From contig CATNEN010000007.1 of assembly GCA_950097015.1 (NCBI GenBank), positions 10,974,001 through 11,038,000 on the forward strand: a stretch of 64,000 nucleotides of DNA, in the 5' to 3' direction. Position 1 is the stretch's first letter. Every line of letters starts with the position of its first letter. Below, one piece after another: positions 59,951-64,000 of the stretch. The translations under genes and the position numbers were made by a program. The DNA is from Macrostomum hystrix (taxonomy: Eukaryota; Animalia; Platyhelminthes). The notes under the pieces are model-generated. The model did not search any database. It was given only the letters and a program-made list of their open reading frames with translations, and had not been told where the DNA came from.

Positions 59951-62615
59951 TCTGAGCTGGAACCGGATTGGCGATAGAGATTGGTCTGGAGTAGCTTAGT
60001 GTGTATGCGTTTCGTATAGCACAGTTAGATCTGGTGCAGAAGCTCGGTCACTGGAACCCACACAACAATAGCACAGTAACGGCACGGATAGTCTGACGGT
60101 TTGTCTGTTTGCTTAAGAAAACAAGTGCCAGAAATGAGCTTATCGCGCCATCTGGACTGTTTTAAACTTCAGGCTCTGCTGTTTATCGGTGGGGGCAGCA
60201 CTAATGCTGATTCACTCTGTCTGTGCAGACGACTGAGAGTGTACGTTTGTTTGCACACAATTCCACAGTTCTCTGTGAGTTTTAGCAGCTACATGAAACT
60301 ATTCAAATTACATTCATGTATTTATTTTTATGACTTAGCAGATCGCTGCTGGAGCCAGTGGACCATCTATAACCATTTTCGTTATCGCAATTGTCCTGAA
60401 AATTGACAATGCAGTGTAAAAGACTATAAAGTAGCCAACTAAATTCGTCTTATTTTTTCTTACGATTGTCTTATTTCGAGCGTATCCCTAATTTTTGTCT
60501 TAGAGATGACAGTTTTCGTATTTGTTCTTCAACTTCAAGCGTCAACTATAATACAGAGGATTTATTCGGCTTTCTAACGAAACAAACACTTTGAAAATCT
60601 GTTGCACGATACGGAACTTATCAGCGGTTTTCTACAATTAGTGCATCACAATTTCCTATCTGCCCAGTGTTACTCGTATTTTCGTGTCAGCCAATCAGCC
60701 GGTCCGCAAAATGAAGGTCTGGCGGGGAGTTATCTCTCTATAGTTTCTAGATTCAGAGCTCCATGCCTCATCCTTTCGCACTAGTCCACCTCTGATGGCA
60801 TTGGTAGATTTTGGGTGTGACTGAGTGGCCAAGATCCCAGGGACCAAGGACCTGCAAGGCAGGGCTGCCATCAGCTGGGAGTGCTTTTGGCTCACCCCAA
60901 GGCCCACGGCCGGAAATAGGGACACTGATGCGAGGTGTTCACAGGGAGTAGGCGGTTCAGCAAAAGTGGGGACTTATGCATAGGGGATTCTTAGCGATGC
61001 AGCTAAAGATAGAGGGCCTGACCCAAGCTTGAGAATGTCCGGTAGAGACAGTCTATGCTCTTACTATAGGATTCAATATTTACCCCTAAACACCATGCAG
61101 GCCCCAACGATGCAAGTAACATGTTGAGGATCGGCTTCTATGTAATCTCATTTGCAAGGACTACCTAAACCTAAGAGTACATTAGACTTACATTAGCCTT
61201 ACATTAGGCTCACATTTGAACATACTGTATTGATATTGAAGTACATTTGGCGCTTGGATCTCAAAGCGATCAAGCCATCCATCTCGTATCGATGGATTTA
61301 GGCCCTGTCTGTCAGATTTAGCTCATTCTGATCAGTTCATGCTCTCATTTTTCGACTCTAGCCCTGTCTGTCAGATTTAGCTCATTCTGATCAGTTCATG
61401 CTCTCATTCAGTCATTCTTCAATGATACATCAATGTAACACACTATAAGTGGGGAACGAACCTCGCGCTGGCAGACCGAGACCGGTTTCTGGCTTGTTTG
61501 CCTTCGTCAGTCAGCCATAGCCACACGCAGTCCTCTCCCACCACTCTTAGTGTGCACAGAAGTCTCTTGTAAGCTTGCCATTTTTATGGCGATTTTTTTT
61601 AGTGTTATGTGAGAGTTTTGCAGCCAAGTCTTTGCTTTTCTACTGTTGTCAGTAGTCTGAATTGTATCTCTCACAATCAACATCGCATGACACTGGCCGT
61701 TTGTAAAACCATGAGTCATATGACTCAAGATGGCAAAAAGCTACCCGTGCTTTTTTGCTCCTAGCTCGTACTTCCAAAACATTATACCTATATGTTCTTC
61801 TGTCAAATGAATATTTTTTATCAATTTTATGTTGTCTCGATCTTTCACTTTTATTAACATAGCTCTTTTAATTTTAAGCTAATTTTCTTCACACTGTTCG
61901 TGTGTGCTTTTGCTAAAATTTTAGTGTCCTGTCAATAATTTGGTAAAATCACGCAACCACGCACACAACTACAGTAGTGCCTACTCCCACTGTTCACTTC
62001 GCTGCAATGCATCTCAAAAGATTAAATTACTATTTTATATTTTATTCTATAATTTATTATTTCTTTAATCAAACTCGTTATTTTGCGCACATTTTTGCTA
62101 TTTCCGCACAATTCCTTTTTTAAGATTGGTGGTTGCTATGCGAACTATGGATAGACACAAATAGGTCGAGATAGGTTTGTCTAGGGTTTAGGGTTATTTG
62201 TAAAATATTCCAAACCTACTTACAGACCTACTATTGGTATTGCATATTGGCTTGGCAGGATATTAACCTCTGCTAAACTATTTCTGCTAGCTATAGGCCT
62301 AGCTAATCTCAGTGTGCCATGCCACCTCCAGCCCCAGGCTGATCCCCGCTGGACGCCATCCATAATAATGGCCCCTGGTTACAATAGAGAAACTGTGCAT
62401 TTCTCACTTAGGCTGCAAAAATCCTTAGAATTCGATGTTAAAAGGCATAGATAGATATTCATTTTGTTAGCTAAATTTAGGCCTATGCTACGTAATTTAC
62501 TATCTCACATCCAGTGTTGAGAATTGACACTCTAAAAAGTATCGAATTAAAGCGATGCTCCGATACCGATACTCAAAAAGGTATCGGCGATTCGATACCA
62601 AAATTTGAGTATCGT

Positions 62616-63000
62616 CGATACTTTAGTCCGATACTTTAGTCCGATACTTTAGTCCGATACTTTAGTCCGATACTTTAGTCCGATACTTTAGTCCGATACT
62701 TTAGTCCGATACTTTAGTCCGATACTTTAGTCCGATACTTTAGTCCGATACTTTAGTCCGATACTTTAGTCCGATACTTTAGTCCGATACTTTAGTCCGA
62801 TACTTTAGTCCGATACTTTAGTCCGATACTTTAGTCCGATACTTTAGTCCGATACTTTAGTCCGATACTTTAGTCCGATACTTTAGTCCGATACTTTAGT
62901 CCGATACTTTAGTCCGATACTTTAGTCCGATACTTTAGTCCGATACTTTAGTCCGATACTTTAGTCCGATACTTTAGTCCGATACTTTAGTCCGATACTT
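62616..63000 (+). repeat. 13-bp minisatellite (CCGATACTTTAGT) within a probable hAT-like element end starting CAGTGTTG at 62512
   Basis: ~29 perfect copies, preceded by scattered CGATAC/GTATCG motifs. Confidence 0.9.
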
Positions 63001-64000
63001 CAGAAAATAGAAAAAATATATCTACAAAATGCAAAAACATGAAATTTTACCATGTACCAAACAGTTTCACTGTACTTACTACTTTAATTTGTGACAGAAA
63101 CTTAGAGACAACTGTTTTATTAAGCCTTTTAGATTTTATGATGTTGTGGCAGCAAAGGTTGGTGTTGCGTGGTTTGGGCTTTATTTATTTGTGCGATGTC
63201 GATGTACAAAGTTGAGGCAAGAGAGCAAGAGATCGCGTAAACAAGGAATTAGCAAGTCATTCCAACCCCCAAAGTTTTCGCACACAAGTGTGCGGCTTGC
63301 ACAAAAGGACGGCCAGGCATGAGGTGCAACACTCACTAATCACAAATTGTCATCAGCAATGTCAGATAAAAAATGATACACTAGTCAGAATGCTTAACAA
63401 TGCTTGCCACTAATTTCATTAGATGCTGATTGCCTCTGAGAAAAGGTAGGCTCATTAGAGTCATGTCAGCGACTACCATCAACAGACCCATGATGGCAGA
63501 TAGCTTCAATTAAAAAAACTTTCTTATCTCTGGCCAAAGATCATTGTCATCCTGTTTAAGTTCCACCTGTTTTGCTGTCGTTGAATAGAACTATCCTCAT
63601 TGTCATTGCCCATGGCCATATCAATGTGACAATGTCACCATGCACCACCAGTCAGTAACCACTCAATAGTCAAACGAGTCAAGTGACGTCAGATGAGATC
63701 AGAGATGTCACTATAGGATAACTAAATTGCTACACATGTCACTTCACTGTCACTACTCACTACTAAAGAAAGGATAATTGCAGTTCAATTTATTTTTGTA
63801 GTGTAGTCCACTGGCAAGCAATTACTGCATGTTAGTTGATTAATTAATGACTTGACTTTCTTTGAATTTTTAAAATAATGGTTATATAAATTCAAATTAA
63901 AACAGTTTTACGCATTTACGTACTTACACATTATAGAAAAAAGAGCAAAAATGTTGCAATTTTTAGTCAAACGTCTTTTTCATAATTTAAATACATATTT

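Overview
Repeat-rich eukaryotic (metazoan) genomic DNA with spliceosomal introns and many intronic minisatellites; it resembles a flatworm such as Macrostomum, but that is inference only. The left 35 kb reads as a nested mobile-element complex. A non-autonomous Helitron (5' TC end at 1537, PIF1-helicase remnant at 34019-34714, hairpin+CTAG end at 35374) appears to be split by a ~32-kb insertion. That insertion is bounded by ~100-bp imperfect subterminal inverted repeats (1971-2071 / 33767-33868) and an 11-bp direct repeat. It contains an intact two-exon KDZ (Kyakuja-Dileera-Zisupton) transposase, followed by a cassette-like array: near-identical ~560-bp non-coding blocks alternate with highly diverged zinc-finger genes. 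One of these genes is fused to a PR-Set7/SETD8-type SET methyltransferase domain that has Phe at the Tyr/Phe product-specificity switch. Secondary insertions in this half include a tRNA-derived SINE, a Merlin element, hAT remnants and satellites. The right half holds host genes on the minus strand: two SAM-less SAMHD1-like HD-domain dNTPase paralogues with identical exon structure, an MFSD2-like transporter between them, and an intronless ORF probably nested in a SAMHD1-like intron. All gene models were assembled by hand from GT-AG sites and reading-frame continuity.
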